Shown: positions 20,702-29,499 of the stretch, in pieces | Position numbering within the stretch: the stretch's first letter is position 1 | Layout: the number at the start of each line of letters is the position of its first letter | Assembly (NCBI GenBank): GCA_963703315.1 | Contig: OY969811.1 | Location: forward strand, 3,104,001 to 3,168,000 | Length of the DNA: 64,000 bases | From: an uncultured cyanobacterium | Lineage (GTDB): Bacteria > Cyanobacteriota > Cyanobacteriia > Pseudanabaenales > Pseudanabaenaceae | Direction: 5' to 3' | Notes under the pieces: generated by a model | What the model was told of the DNA's origin: nothing | The model's database searches: none | The model's input: only the letters and a program-made list of their open reading frames with translations | Made by a program: the position numbers and the translations under genes

Positions 20702-20855
20702 GCGATCGCCTGTCAGTGCATCGCGAAGGATTTGGCATTGGTCAGCTAATCGGGTATAGGCTCTGAAACGTACATTTCATGCTGACAAAAAAGACTCAAA
20801 TACGTCGATCACGCTTTAACTGTCCAGTGCCATTTTCGGTGATCTTAGCGTGTTC
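20700..20855 (-). ncRNA. ssrS: Probable 6S RNA (cyanobacterial SsaA type); ends approximate
   Basis: Minus strand reads cgctaagatcaccg..ggcactggacagttaa...cgtttcagagcctatacccgattagctgaccaatgcc... Long-range pairing (ggcactgg/ccaatgcc, cagttaa/ttagctg); blocks resemble cyanobacterial 6S RNA as recalled; no ORF here. Confidence 0.65.
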
Positions 20856-21044
20856 TATTTTCTTGGATAATTTCAAACATAGGATTTTGTGCCTTTGGTA
20901 AATTTTCGGTTTTTATGTGTTTACTCTTGAGAAAAGGCGCTAGCCATGGGCATAAAAAAGACAAGAATTTATCTGTCCCTATGATGCTTAGAATAACTCA
21001 GAACTCAAAAAAAGCACTAAATTACAGGGAGTGAAAATTTACTA

Positions 21045-21566
21045 ATGGAAGAAATCAGTGCTGAACAACTAGCATCTCAACTATATCAAGAAGGAGTAAG
21101 CAACTTTGAGAGCGGTAACTATCAACAGGCGATCGCTTTACTCGAACGCGCCCGTGCTTTAGCAATTTTAGAAACCGTTTTGGGTGGCGAAATCTTAGTA
21201 TGGCTAGCTAATTCCTACGATGCTGTAGGCAAAACTGAGGAAGCGATCGCCCTCTGTCGAAGCCTTAAGAAACACACTGTCGGCGATGTTCGCAAATCAG
21301 CCCGTTATATGCTAGGGATTTTGACTGCACCACCCCTCAGCAAACTTGAAGGCGTTACTTCCGAAGTACCGATTTTACAATCGCCCGATACTTATCAATC
21401 TGCACCTGTCGCCAGAACCAAAAGCCAAACTAATACCAGTCAAAAGCCATTTCGTGAAGTTTCCCTAGACAAGCCCAATACTGATAGTAGTGGTACGAAT
21501 AAATTTCTATGGTTTGCGATCGCCACCACCATATTGCTGTTAGCCCTTTGGTCAAAATTTATTTAG
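21045..21566 (+). CDS. TPR-containing protein with C-terminal TM anchor
   Basis: TPR helices; hydrophobic C-terminus. Confidence 0.8.
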   Translation: MEEISAEQLASQLYQEGVSNFESGNYQQAIALLERARALAILETVLGGEILVWLANSYDAVGKTEEAIALCRSLKKHTVGDVRKSARYMLGILTAPPLSKLEGVTSEVPILQSPDTYQSAPVARTKSQTNTSQKPFREVSLDKPNTDSSGTNKFLWFAIATTILLLALWSKFI

Positions 21567-21798
21567 AGAAAGCGCTTTAGAGCGATCTTCAGTTAAAAAC
21601 CAAAAGAGAGTGGCGGCGCTTCGCGCCGCCACTCTCTTTTTGGTTTTTAGCGACAGTGCTTTAAGTGCTAGCGATATCAAACCCAAGATTGAATGCTATG
21701 CTAGCTTATACTTTTGTTAAGTTAATTAAAGCAAAATTCAAACTTAATCGATTGTGATATCGAGTAAATTTCAACTATTTCTGGGAGTAAATGGAGTG

Positions 21799-22713
21799 AT
21801 GAGGAGAGCGATCCCCGCACAATGGGTTAATTTAGGAATGCACCTGCTTTCAATGGCTTTCGGGCTATTTGGCTTGATTTTAGTACTACCAAATACTGCT
21901 TTTATTGAAAGCTTGTCCGAAGCTGGTTTGCAAGTCTTTTCATGGGGAATGCAAAATGGCGGTGCATCCTACATGATTTTTGGCGCGATCGCCGCATTCT
22001 TGTACGGTAAGCAAACGATTGGACTAAAACGTACCCTTGCCTTTTGTATTCCTGCGATCGGGATTTCTTTAAGTAGTGAGTTGCTTGGCACTAGCACAGG
22101 CTTCCCCTTTGGTGCATATTCCTATCTAAGCGGACTCGGTTATAAAATTGCCGATCTCGTTCCATTTACGATCCCTCTGTCATGGTTTTACATGGGATTT
22201 TCCGCTTTTCTTGTAGCTGCCACGCTGATGCGCTTCGGTACAGGTTGGGGCTATCGGATTGCAGCGATCGCACTGGGTGCATTGATGCTCACCTCATGGG
22301 ATTTTGTGCTTGATCCCGCGATGAGCCAAACTCCCTATCCTTTCTGGGAATGGCATCAAGCAGGGCAATTTTACGGAATGCCTTATCAAAACTTTTTTGG
22401 TTGGTTCGGCACAGGCTCATTATTCATGACCGTTGCTTCTCTGCTTTGGGGCAAGAACAATCAACCAATTCTCAATCGTCAGCAAATTCTGTTTCCTGCG
22501 ATTATTTATGCAGGTAACTTTGCCTTTGCCTTGATCCTCAGCTTTAATGCAGGTTTCTATGTACCCGCATTACTCGGTATTGTTGTTGGCGCATTGCCGC
22601 TAGCGTTGCTTTATTTCACAACACCTCATGGTGAAGTAGGTAATGATCAGGCGATCGCGACTGCTTCTAATAATACAACCGTAATCGCTGTCGAAACTGT
22701 TCCTACTCGTTGA
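21799..22713 (+). CDS. cruF: Carotenoid 1',2'-hydratase CruF (myxoxanthophyll pathway)
   Basis: ELLGTSTGFPFG, VPFTIPLSWFY, WDFVLDPAM and GMPYQNF motifs; start uncertain (21754 or 21799). Confidence 0.85.
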   Translation: MRRAIPAQWVNLGMHLLSMAFGLFGLILVLPNTAFIESLSEAGLQVFSWGMQNGGASYMIFGAIAAFLYGKQTIGLKRTLAFCIPAIGISLSSELLGTSTGFPFGAYSYLSGLGYKIADLVPFTIPLSWFYMGFSAFLVAATLMRFGTGWGYRIAAIALGALMLTSWDFVLDPAMSQTPYPFWEWHQAGQFYGMPYQNFFGWFGTGSLFMTVASLLWGKNNQPILNRQQILFPAIIYAGNFAFALILSFNAGFYVPALLGIVVGALPLALLYFTTPHGEVGNDQAIATASNNTTVIAVETVPTR

Positions 22714-22733
22714 TTAAACAAGCTCTACACAGC

Positions 22734-22786
22734 ATGATAAATAAAAAAGGGGTGGCGCTAAGCGCCACCCCTTTTTTATTTATCAT
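22734..22786. terminator. Perfect hairpin (25-bp arms, TAA loop) between convergent genes
   Basis: atgataaataaaaaaggggtggcgc-taa-gcgccaccccttttttatttatcat. Confidence 0.75.
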
Positions 22787-23478
22787 TTGCCTTGTAAATT
22801 TTTTAGTTCACGCAGAATAACCATCAAACCTTTATTTTGGTGGTCAAGCTGCTCTGAAATCTTATCCATGCGTTGCGTCAAAGAGTTAATTACCTGATCT
22901 TGATGATCAATTCGAGTATTTAACTCATTAAACCTTGCCACAACTTCGCGTTGGATTAAGTTTTCGATACCTTGGACTAGCAAAGTCTCAGTCGAGGTCA
23001 GTCGATTGACGATCATTTGCAAACTAGGTTCTTCACTATGCTGTGGCTGCACTTCTCTCGTCGCCGTAGGAGCAGAGCGAGACGTAGCTGAGGAAATTGG
23101 TGGAGCCGCATCGGGAGGTAAAAAGTTTTGAATGCGCGATACTAAGACATCGGCTTCAAAAGGCTTTTCGAGAAAATCAAACTCCGTAAATGGCTCAGGT
23201 ACGTGTTCAGTGACTTGTTCTTTGAGTCCCGAAATCATGATTACAGGAACTTTTTGTAATCCTTCAACACGACGGATTGCCTGTAAGGTTTGATAACCGT
23301 TGTATTTGGGCATCACAAAATCCAGCAAAATTAGGTCAGGGAAGGCTCTACGAGCAGCATCTAATCCTGATTTGCCATCACTTGCTTCTAAGACATCATA
23401 TTTGCCCGACAAAATGCTTTTAACCATTTTGCGGATCATGATGCTGTCGTCAATTACCAGTACTTTCTTTGCAGTCAT
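22783..23478 (-). CDS. Response regulator (receiver domain plus coiled-coil C-terminus)
   Basis: VLVIDDS, LILLDFVMP and KPF motifs. Confidence 0.9.
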   Translation of the reverse strand: MTAKKVLVIDDSIMIRKMVKSILSGKYDVLEASDGKSGLDAARRAFPDLILLDFVMPKYNGYQTLQAIRRVEGLQKVPVIMISGLKEQVTEHVPEPFTEFDFLEKPFEADVLVSRIQNFLPPDAAPPISSATSRSAPTATREVQPQHSEEPSLQMIVNRLTSTETLLVQGIENLIQREVVARFNELNTRIDHQDQVINSLTQRMDKISEQLDHQNKGLMVILRELKNLQGK

Positions 23479-23765
23479 GGATTTGAGCAATCCGCCCCAA
23501 ATAGCTATGCGAGACCATCATATTACATCACAAAATTTGATTAGTAGAAATATTTTCTGATCAAATTGAATTCTATAGCAATGCAAGTTTTGCTTAGGAC
23601 GTAAAACCAGAAGATGAGTTGCGACTCGAAGCGCCGCAACTCACTTCTTGGGTTTGGAGTTGAAGAAATCACGCTTTTGGCAAGAAATATTAAGGTTTAT
23701 GGAGACTGACATAATTGCTCTTGTATCATAGCCAAGTTGGTTTTATAGACTAATAGTGGCGACAA

Positions 23766-24554
23766 ATGCAGAAAAAAATCGCTGTAAAGCTCACGATCGC
23801 CAATATTCTGAATGGGGCAACGCGGGGTTTAGCCGTAACTGCCATTAGTGGCTATCAGAAATTTCTTTCGCCGCATAAAGGTTTTTCTTGCGCCCATCGA
23901 GTTTTGTATGGTTGCGAATCCTGCTCACAGTATTTTAAACGGGTAATTGCGGAGGAGGGGATTGGACAGGCGATCGCTAATGCGAAGGGACGATTTCAAG
24001 AATGTCGAGAAGCTAATCAAATTTTAAAAGCGCGTCGGGCAAAGTGTCGAGCAATACGTAAGTATTATGCGAGTCGGTTAGTCTCGCATAACTCAAATAT
24101 TATGGCGATCGAGTCAGGTGAATCTGGCAATCCTGAAAATATGCCTGAACCTGAAATACCTGATATTGACCAAGATCTTGGAGATCTTGAGCAAGATCTT
24201 GAAAATTCCGATACTCAAACCATCGGCGGTTCGCAATGGGAGCAAAAAAGGCGATCGCAAGCTAATCAACAAAACAATCAAACGGATGGGGGCAGTAATA
24301 ACAATTGCAATGATTGCGCGGATTGTGCCGACTGTGCTGATGGACTCAATGCGATTCCTAGTGATTGCATCAGTAGCGATCGCACCTGCGACAATCCTCT
24401 TGATGGTGCAAATTGTCCAGACTTAAGCTGTCCCGATCTCAATTGTGGCAATGCTGATTGTTTGTCAGGAATGGATTGTAGTGGGCTAGATTGCAGTGGC
24501 TTAGATTGTAGTGGTTTGGATTGTGGAGGACTAGACTGCGGCGGTTGTGGTTAG
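23766..24554 (+). CDS. YidD-like N-terminal domain fused to an acidic linker and a Cys/Asp/Gly-rich repeat tail
   Basis: AISGYQKFLSPHKGFSCAHR...SCSQY; tail ...DCSGLDCSGLDCSGLDCGGLDCGGCG. Confidence 0.75.
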   Translation: MQKKIAVKLTIANILNGATRGLAVTAISGYQKFLSPHKGFSCAHRVLYGCESCSQYFKRVIAEEGIGQAIANAKGRFQECREANQILKARRAKCRAIRKYYASRLVSHNSNIMAIESGESGNPENMPEPEIPDIDQDLGDLEQDLENSDTQTIGGSQWEQKRRSQANQQNNQTDGGSNNNCNDCADCADCADGLNAIPSDCISSDRTCDNPLDGANCPDLSCPDLNCGNADCLSGMDCSGLDCSGLDCSGLDCGGLDCGGCG

Positions 24555-24634
24555 CAGCAGCCAATATAGCTATCGCCAAATTTGACTAAGATTAAAACAG
24601 TAAGATAGACGCGATCGCCTAGTCATCAAAAACT

Positions 24635-25270
24635 ATGAGTCAACAACCTGTCACCATCGAAGACATCTACGCACTATTCCGTACCTCCCAAGCAGAATTT
24701 CAAGAAGAATTACGACTCTCGCGAGAGGAATATGATCGCCGTTCTGCCGAAGCTGATCGCCGTTCTGCTGAAGCCGATCGCCGCGCTGCCGAAATTGATC
24801 AATCCCTTGAGAAACTCAGAAAATCAGTAGCTGAAACAACCCGTGCGGTTAATGGATTGACAAGTCGTTGGGGTAGATTTGTGGAGGAGTTAGTCGAACC
24901 TGCGGTAGTTAGACTGTTTCAAGAGCGTGGCATCGATGTAAAAGAAAAACATCCTAGAGTTAGTGTAAAGCGGCAGGATGTGGCGATGGAAATAGATATC
25001 CTAGTTGTAGACACAACCGATGTCGTTTTAGTGGAATGCAAGTCTCGCCTCTCTAGGGATGATGTCAATGAGTTTCTTGAGAAATTACAAAAATTTAAAC
25101 TAGCATTTCCAGCTTATAAAAACTATCAAGCCTATGGTGCTGTCGCAGGAATTGAAATTAATGAAGGTGTCGATAGATATGCCTATAAAAAAGGGCTATT
25201 TGTGATCCGTCCCTCTGGCAATACCGTAGAAATAGTGAACGATGATCAGTTTCAGCCTATGACTTGGTAA
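24635..25270 (+). CDS. Coiled-coil + PD-(D/E)XK-fold protein (DUF3782-like)
   Basis: WGRFVEELVEP and EIDILV...VECKSRL motifs. Confidence 0.8.
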   Translation: MSQQPVTIEDIYALFRTSQAEFQEELRLSREEYDRRSAEADRRSAEADRRAAEIDQSLEKLRKSVAETTRAVNGLTSRWGRFVEELVEPAVVRLFQERGIDVKEKHPRVSVKRQDVAMEIDILVVDTTDVVLVECKSRLSRDDVNEFLEKLQKFKLAFPAYKNYQAYGAVAGIEINEGVDRYAYKKGLFVIRPSGNTVEIVNDDQFQPMTW

Positions 25271-25339
25271 GGCGAGCTAATTATGGGGCGATCGCGATAT
25301 CAGGGTTACAATTCTCTAAAGAGTGGATAAGATAAGACG

Positions 25340-27100
25340 GTGAGCTTGATGATTGAGCATGATGTATTAATTATTGGTGGTGGTTTAGCTGGTTCTAGGG
25401 CAGCACTGTCAGTAGCCCAAAACTATCCCAATCTTAGTGTGGGCTTAATTTCTAAAGTGCATCCGATCCGATCGCACTCAGTCGCGGCACAGGGCGGGAT
25501 CGCCGCCTCACTAAAAAATGTCGATCATGACGATTGGCTCACCCATGCCTTCGATACGATCAAAGGCTCTGATTATCTAGCCGATCAGAATGCGGTCAGA
25601 GTCTTGACCGAATCGGCTCCTGAAGTAATTATTGATTTAGAACATTTAGGGGTTTTATTTTCTCGCGCAGAAGATGGACGGATTGCCCAGCGCCCTTTTG
25701 GTGGACATACCTTTAGTCGTGCTTGTTATGCGGCGGATAAAACAGGTCATGCGATTCTGCACGAATTGGTGATGAATTTGCGGCGACTCGGCGGCACGAT
25801 TTACCAAGAATGGTATGTGATGGATTTGATTTATGAAGATGGAGTCAATGGAACGGAAGTCAAGGGCGTAGTCGCTTACAGTTTGGAAACTTCGGAGATT
25901 GAAGTGTTTCGGGCAAAGGCGGTATTGATGGCTACAGGGGGCTATGGAAGGGTTTTTAATACCACTTCTAACGATTTAGCCTCAACGGGAGATGGTCTAT
26001 GCTTAACGGCAAATATTGGCTTGCCATTGCAAGATATGGAGTTTGTGCAGTTCCATCCAACGGGCTTATATCCAGTAGGAGTGCTAATTTCGGAGGCGGT
26101 GCGCGGTGAAGGAGCATATTTGATTAATGATCAAGGCGATCGCTTTATGGCGAATTATCCGATCAGCAAAAATCGGATGGAACTCTCACCCCGTGATATT
26201 ACTTCACGAAATATTGCCTGTGAAATCATGGAAGGACGCGGGATCAATGGCGGTAATTATGTCTATTTAGATGTGCGCCATCTAGGAAGAGAAAAAATTC
26301 TCAGTCGGATTCCCTTTGCCCGTGAGGAAGGCTTGCGCTTAGCAGGTGTGGATTGCATCGATCATCCTCTGCCCGTGCGTCCTACGGCACATTACTCAAT
26401 GGGTGGCATCCCTACAAATATCGATTGTCAAGTGATTGGTGTGGATAGCAAGGCGATCGCAGGATTTTTTGCGGCGGGTGAATGTTCTTGTGTATCTGTG
26501 CATGGTGCAAATCGCTTAGGCGCAAATTCCCTACTGGAATGTGTGGTCTTTGGTAAACGTGCGGGTGAGAAATTGGGAGCTTATGTCAGCGATCGTCCAA
26601 TGCCCAAAGTCGATCCGCGTCCTTATTTAGTGGATGCAGAAGCGAAAATTAAAGGGATATTATCCAAACAAGGCAAATCACGCATTGCCGATATTCGGCA
26701 ACAATTGCAAGACACGATGACCGAGCATTGCGGCATTTTCCGTGATGATCAACGGTTGCGAGATGGCTTAGCAAAACTCCAAACTATTCGCGATCGCTAC
26801 GAGCAGGATTTATTAGTCGATGACCATAGCCCCGTATTTAATATGGAGTTAATGCAAGCGATCGAACTCAAAAGTTTGCTGACTGTAGGAGAGATCATTA
26901 TGTCTAGTGCTTTATCGCGCCAAGAGAGTAGGGGCGCACATTCCCGTGAAGACTTTCCCCAAAGGGATGATGTAAACTATCTCAAACATACCCTAGGCTA
27001 TCTAGAAAATGGTAAGGTAAAGACTAGCGATCGTTCCGTTGACATGAGCTTACAATTAATTGACCGTGATCGCTTTACCCCCCAAGAACGAAAATATTAG
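25340..27100 (+). CDS. sdhA: Succinate dehydrogenase/fumarate reductase flavoprotein subunit
   Basis: GGGLAG, RSHSVAAQGG (FAD-binding His), QFHPT and HGANRLGANSL motifs. Confidence 0.96.
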   Translation: MSLMIEHDVLIIGGGLAGSRAALSVAQNYPNLSVGLISKVHPIRSHSVAAQGGIAASLKNVDHDDWLTHAFDTIKGSDYLADQNAVRVLTESAPEVIIDLEHLGVLFSRAEDGRIAQRPFGGHTFSRACYAADKTGHAILHELVMNLRRLGGTIYQEWYVMDLIYEDGVNGTEVKGVVAYSLETSEIEVFRAKAVLMATGGYGRVFNTTSNDLASTGDGLCLTANIGLPLQDMEFVQFHPTGLYPVGVLISEAVRGEGAYLINDQGDRFMANYPISKNRMELSPRDITSRNIACEIMEGRGINGGNYVYLDVRHLGREKILSRIPFAREEGLRLAGVDCIDHPLPVRPTAHYSMGGIPTNIDCQVIGVDSKAIAGFFAAGECSCVSVHGANRLGANSLLECVVFGKRAGEKLGAYVSDRPMPKVDPRPYLVDAEAKIKGILSKQGKSRIADIRQQLQDTMTEHCGIFRDDQRLRDGLAKLQTIRDRYEQDLLVDDHSPVFNMELMQAIELKSLLTVGEIIMSSALSRQESRGAHSREDFPQRDDVNYLKHTLGYLENGKVKTSDRSVDMSLQLIDRDRFTPQERKY

Positions 27101-27124
27101 CCATTTTGAGAGTAGAAAGTAACT

Positions 27125-27985
27125 GTGGCGATCGAAGAATATACAAAACTGCTTGAACAAGGCGTGAATAGTTGGAATAAGTGGAGAGAGAATCATCCTG
27201 ATCTTCGGGGAGTCGATCTGAGCGAAATCCAACTAGAGGCGATCGATCTCACTGGGATTGACTTAAGTATGGCTAATCTTCGTGGTGCGAAACTACGCGA
27301 AGTTAATTTGTCATCGGCAAACTTGCGTGGAGCAGACTTGAGTATGGCAAATCTACGCGGAATAGATCTCAGTAGCGCCAATCTTAGTTCCGCGCAACTG
27401 AGTATGATTTGTCTGAGTGAGGCAAATCTCAGTCACGCTAATTTGAGTGGAGCCGACCTACGTGGCGCTAATCTCAGATTGTCTAAGCTGGATCATGCTG
27501 ATCTATCAAGGGTAAAGCTGAATATGTCGAGCTTAAATGGCGTTAGCATGATCGGCGCGATTCTGATTGGTGCAAATTTAAGTCGTGTGGAGTTACGAGA
27601 AGCAAATCTAGCAGGTACAGATTTTAGTAGAGCTAACTTGAGTGAGGCGGATCTGTCCCACAGTAATCTGAATGTGGCTACTTTGGTAGGTACAGATTTG
27701 ATTGGGGCAACGCTTGTAGATATTGATCTGAGCGAGTCAAATCTCTGTCGAGCTAATTTAATTGGCGCAAATCTCTATCGCGCAAATCTTTGTGGATGTG
27801 ATCTGATTGGGGCAGATTTGCGGGGGACAAATTGCAGTGAAGCTTATTTTATTGGGGCAGATTTAAGTCGCGCCGATCTCAACCGTGCTGAGTTTACTAG
27901 TGCCAATCTCAGTAAGACTAATTTTACGGGAGCAAATACTGAAACTACGGATTTTCAAGGCGCAATCTTACCTGATGTTTGGTAA
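27125..27985 (+). CDS. Pentapeptide repeat protein
   Basis: A(N/D)LxX repeats throughout; WNKWR N-terminus. Confidence 0.93.
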   Translation: MAIEEYTKLLEQGVNSWNKWRENHPDLRGVDLSEIQLEAIDLTGIDLSMANLRGAKLREVNLSSANLRGADLSMANLRGIDLSSANLSSAQLSMICLSEANLSHANLSGADLRGANLRLSKLDHADLSRVKLNMSSLNGVSMIGAILIGANLSRVELREANLAGTDFSRANLSEADLSHSNLNVATLVGTDLIGATLVDIDLSESNLCRANLIGANLYRANLCGCDLIGADLRGTNCSEAYFIGADLSRADLNRAEFTSANLSKTNFTGANTETTDFQGAILPDVW

Positions 27986-28000
27986 TACCAACCCAGTAAG

Positions 28001-28063
28001 GGCATATCTATAAATTTTTTGTGGTGCGGCTTCGCCGCACCACAAAAAATTTATAGATATGCC
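28001..28063. repeat. Perfect hairpin, 30-bp arms, TTC/GAA loop, overlapping the last 13 nt of the M23 gene
   Basis: ggcatatctataaattttttgtggtgcggc-ttc-gccgcaccacaaaaaatttatagatatgcc. Confidence 0.9.
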
Positions 28064-29325
28064 GCAGGATCGATCGGCTCACCATTAGCCCGTAACTCAA
28101 AGTGTAAGTGGGGACCTGTGGAAAATCCTGTGGAACCAACAGCCGCGATCGGTTGACCTTTGACAACAGCATCACCATCTTTGACATATAGCTCGCTACA
28201 GTGAGCATAGAGCGTCGTCATGCCATTCCCATGATCGATGATGACGGCATTGCCATAGCCACCATACCAGTCTGCGTAAATGACTCTGCCTTGGGCGCTC
28301 GCATAGATCAAGCTGCCAGTGTCTGCACCAAAGTCGATTCCTGAGTGAAATCTCTCCGTGCCGAGAATGGGATGTGTGCGCCAACCAAAATTGCTGGTAA
28401 CTTCGCCAATTGTGGGATACATCAGTTGTCCTGTCCCAGGGGGCAAGATTAAGCCAGAGTAAGGCTGGACTTTTGCGATGATGATTTGGGAAAGGCGACG
28501 AGAGTCTTCGGCTAGACGATCTTCGGCTTGTTCTAGGGCTTTACGATCGCTTTTTAAACGCTCAATCGTATTTTGTTGAGCAGCCGCCTCCGCTTCAATA
28601 TTCGATTTTTGATATTTCAGTTTTTGGGTTAATAGTTCAATCTCATTTTTTTGAGCAACTATTTGATTACGTTGCTTATCGACACGCTGCGATTTTTGGG
28701 TCAAATCACTAAGTAATTTGCGATCGCTGTCATAAATACGTTCAATCTGACGGCGGCGATCGGCAAACTGATTCAGATCGCGACTGCTGAGCAGCGTTAC
28801 CCACCATCTTTGTAATTGTTGTCGTTGTAAATAACGCAACCGTGCCGAGGTGGCATCCCGTTTTTTATTGAGGTCGTACTCTAGTTCTTGGAGCTTGGCA
28901 CTGAGAGTTTGTAACTGATTTCTGGCTTGACGGATTTTCTTCTCATTGTCTTGAATTTGGGCTTCGGTGACCCGCACGTTTTTTCTGAGCGCTGCTAGTC
29001 GAGACTCCGCAGGTTTTGTGAGCGCATTAATTTGTTCTTGTTGTTTTTGTAAGATTTGGCGCTGTTGATCGACAAAATTCTGGTAGTTTTTTAGCTCATC
29101 TACCGATTGCGCTTGGGCTGGTAACACTTGGAGCAAAGTTAAGCAGCAAGCGATCGCCACAACTACAAGTACTAATGTGAGGAACCGTCGCACAAGGAGA
29201 TGCCCAAAAGGTAAATGCCCAAAAGTCTGATCAATCCGATCAATATTTGAGGGTGTTTGGTAATTGCTCGAATATTTACCCGAATATTTGTCAGTTATAT
29301 TTTGCCAATGACGGCGATCGCGCAT
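28051..29325 (-). CDS. Coiled-coil + M23 peptidase (EnvC/NlpD-like)
   Basis: HSGIDFG, YAHCS, STGPHLHFE and DPAAYL motifs. Confidence 0.92.
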   Translation of the reverse strand: MRDRRHWQNITDKYSGKYSSNYQTPSNIDRIDQTFGHLPFGHLLVRRFLTLVLVVVAIACCLTLLQVLPAQAQSVDELKNYQNFVDQQRQILQKQQEQINALTKPAESRLAALRKNVRVTEAQIQDNEKKIRQARNQLQTLSAKLQELEYDLNKKRDATSARLRYLQRQQLQRWWVTLLSSRDLNQFADRRRQIERIYDSDRKLLSDLTQKSQRVDKQRNQIVAQKNEIELLTQKLKYQKSNIEAEAAAQQNTIERLKSDRKALEQAEDRLAEDSRRLSQIIIAKVQPYSGLILPPGTGQLMYPTIGEVTSNFGWRTHPILGTERFHSGIDFGADTGSLIYASAQGRVIYADWYGGYGNAVIIDHGNGMTTLYAHCSELYVKDGDAVVKGQPIAAVGSTGFSTGPHLHFELRANGEPIDPAAYL

Positions 29326-29499
29326 TCAGTCCACCAAGTATCCACGAACTAGGGCAAGATTTTAACCGTATTTTGCCATTAATAAAAGTCTATCTTTGGC
29401 TGAGGTTTCAATCTCGCGCCCCACAGTCTTTTATGGCTGTCGCCAGTTTTAAGAGAGTGGCGGCGCAAAGCGCCGCCACTCCCATTTTGAAAATTAAAA

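Noticed and set aside
25340..27100. sdhA without sdhB/sdhC
   Set aside because: Dispersed sdh genes are usual in cyanobacteria.
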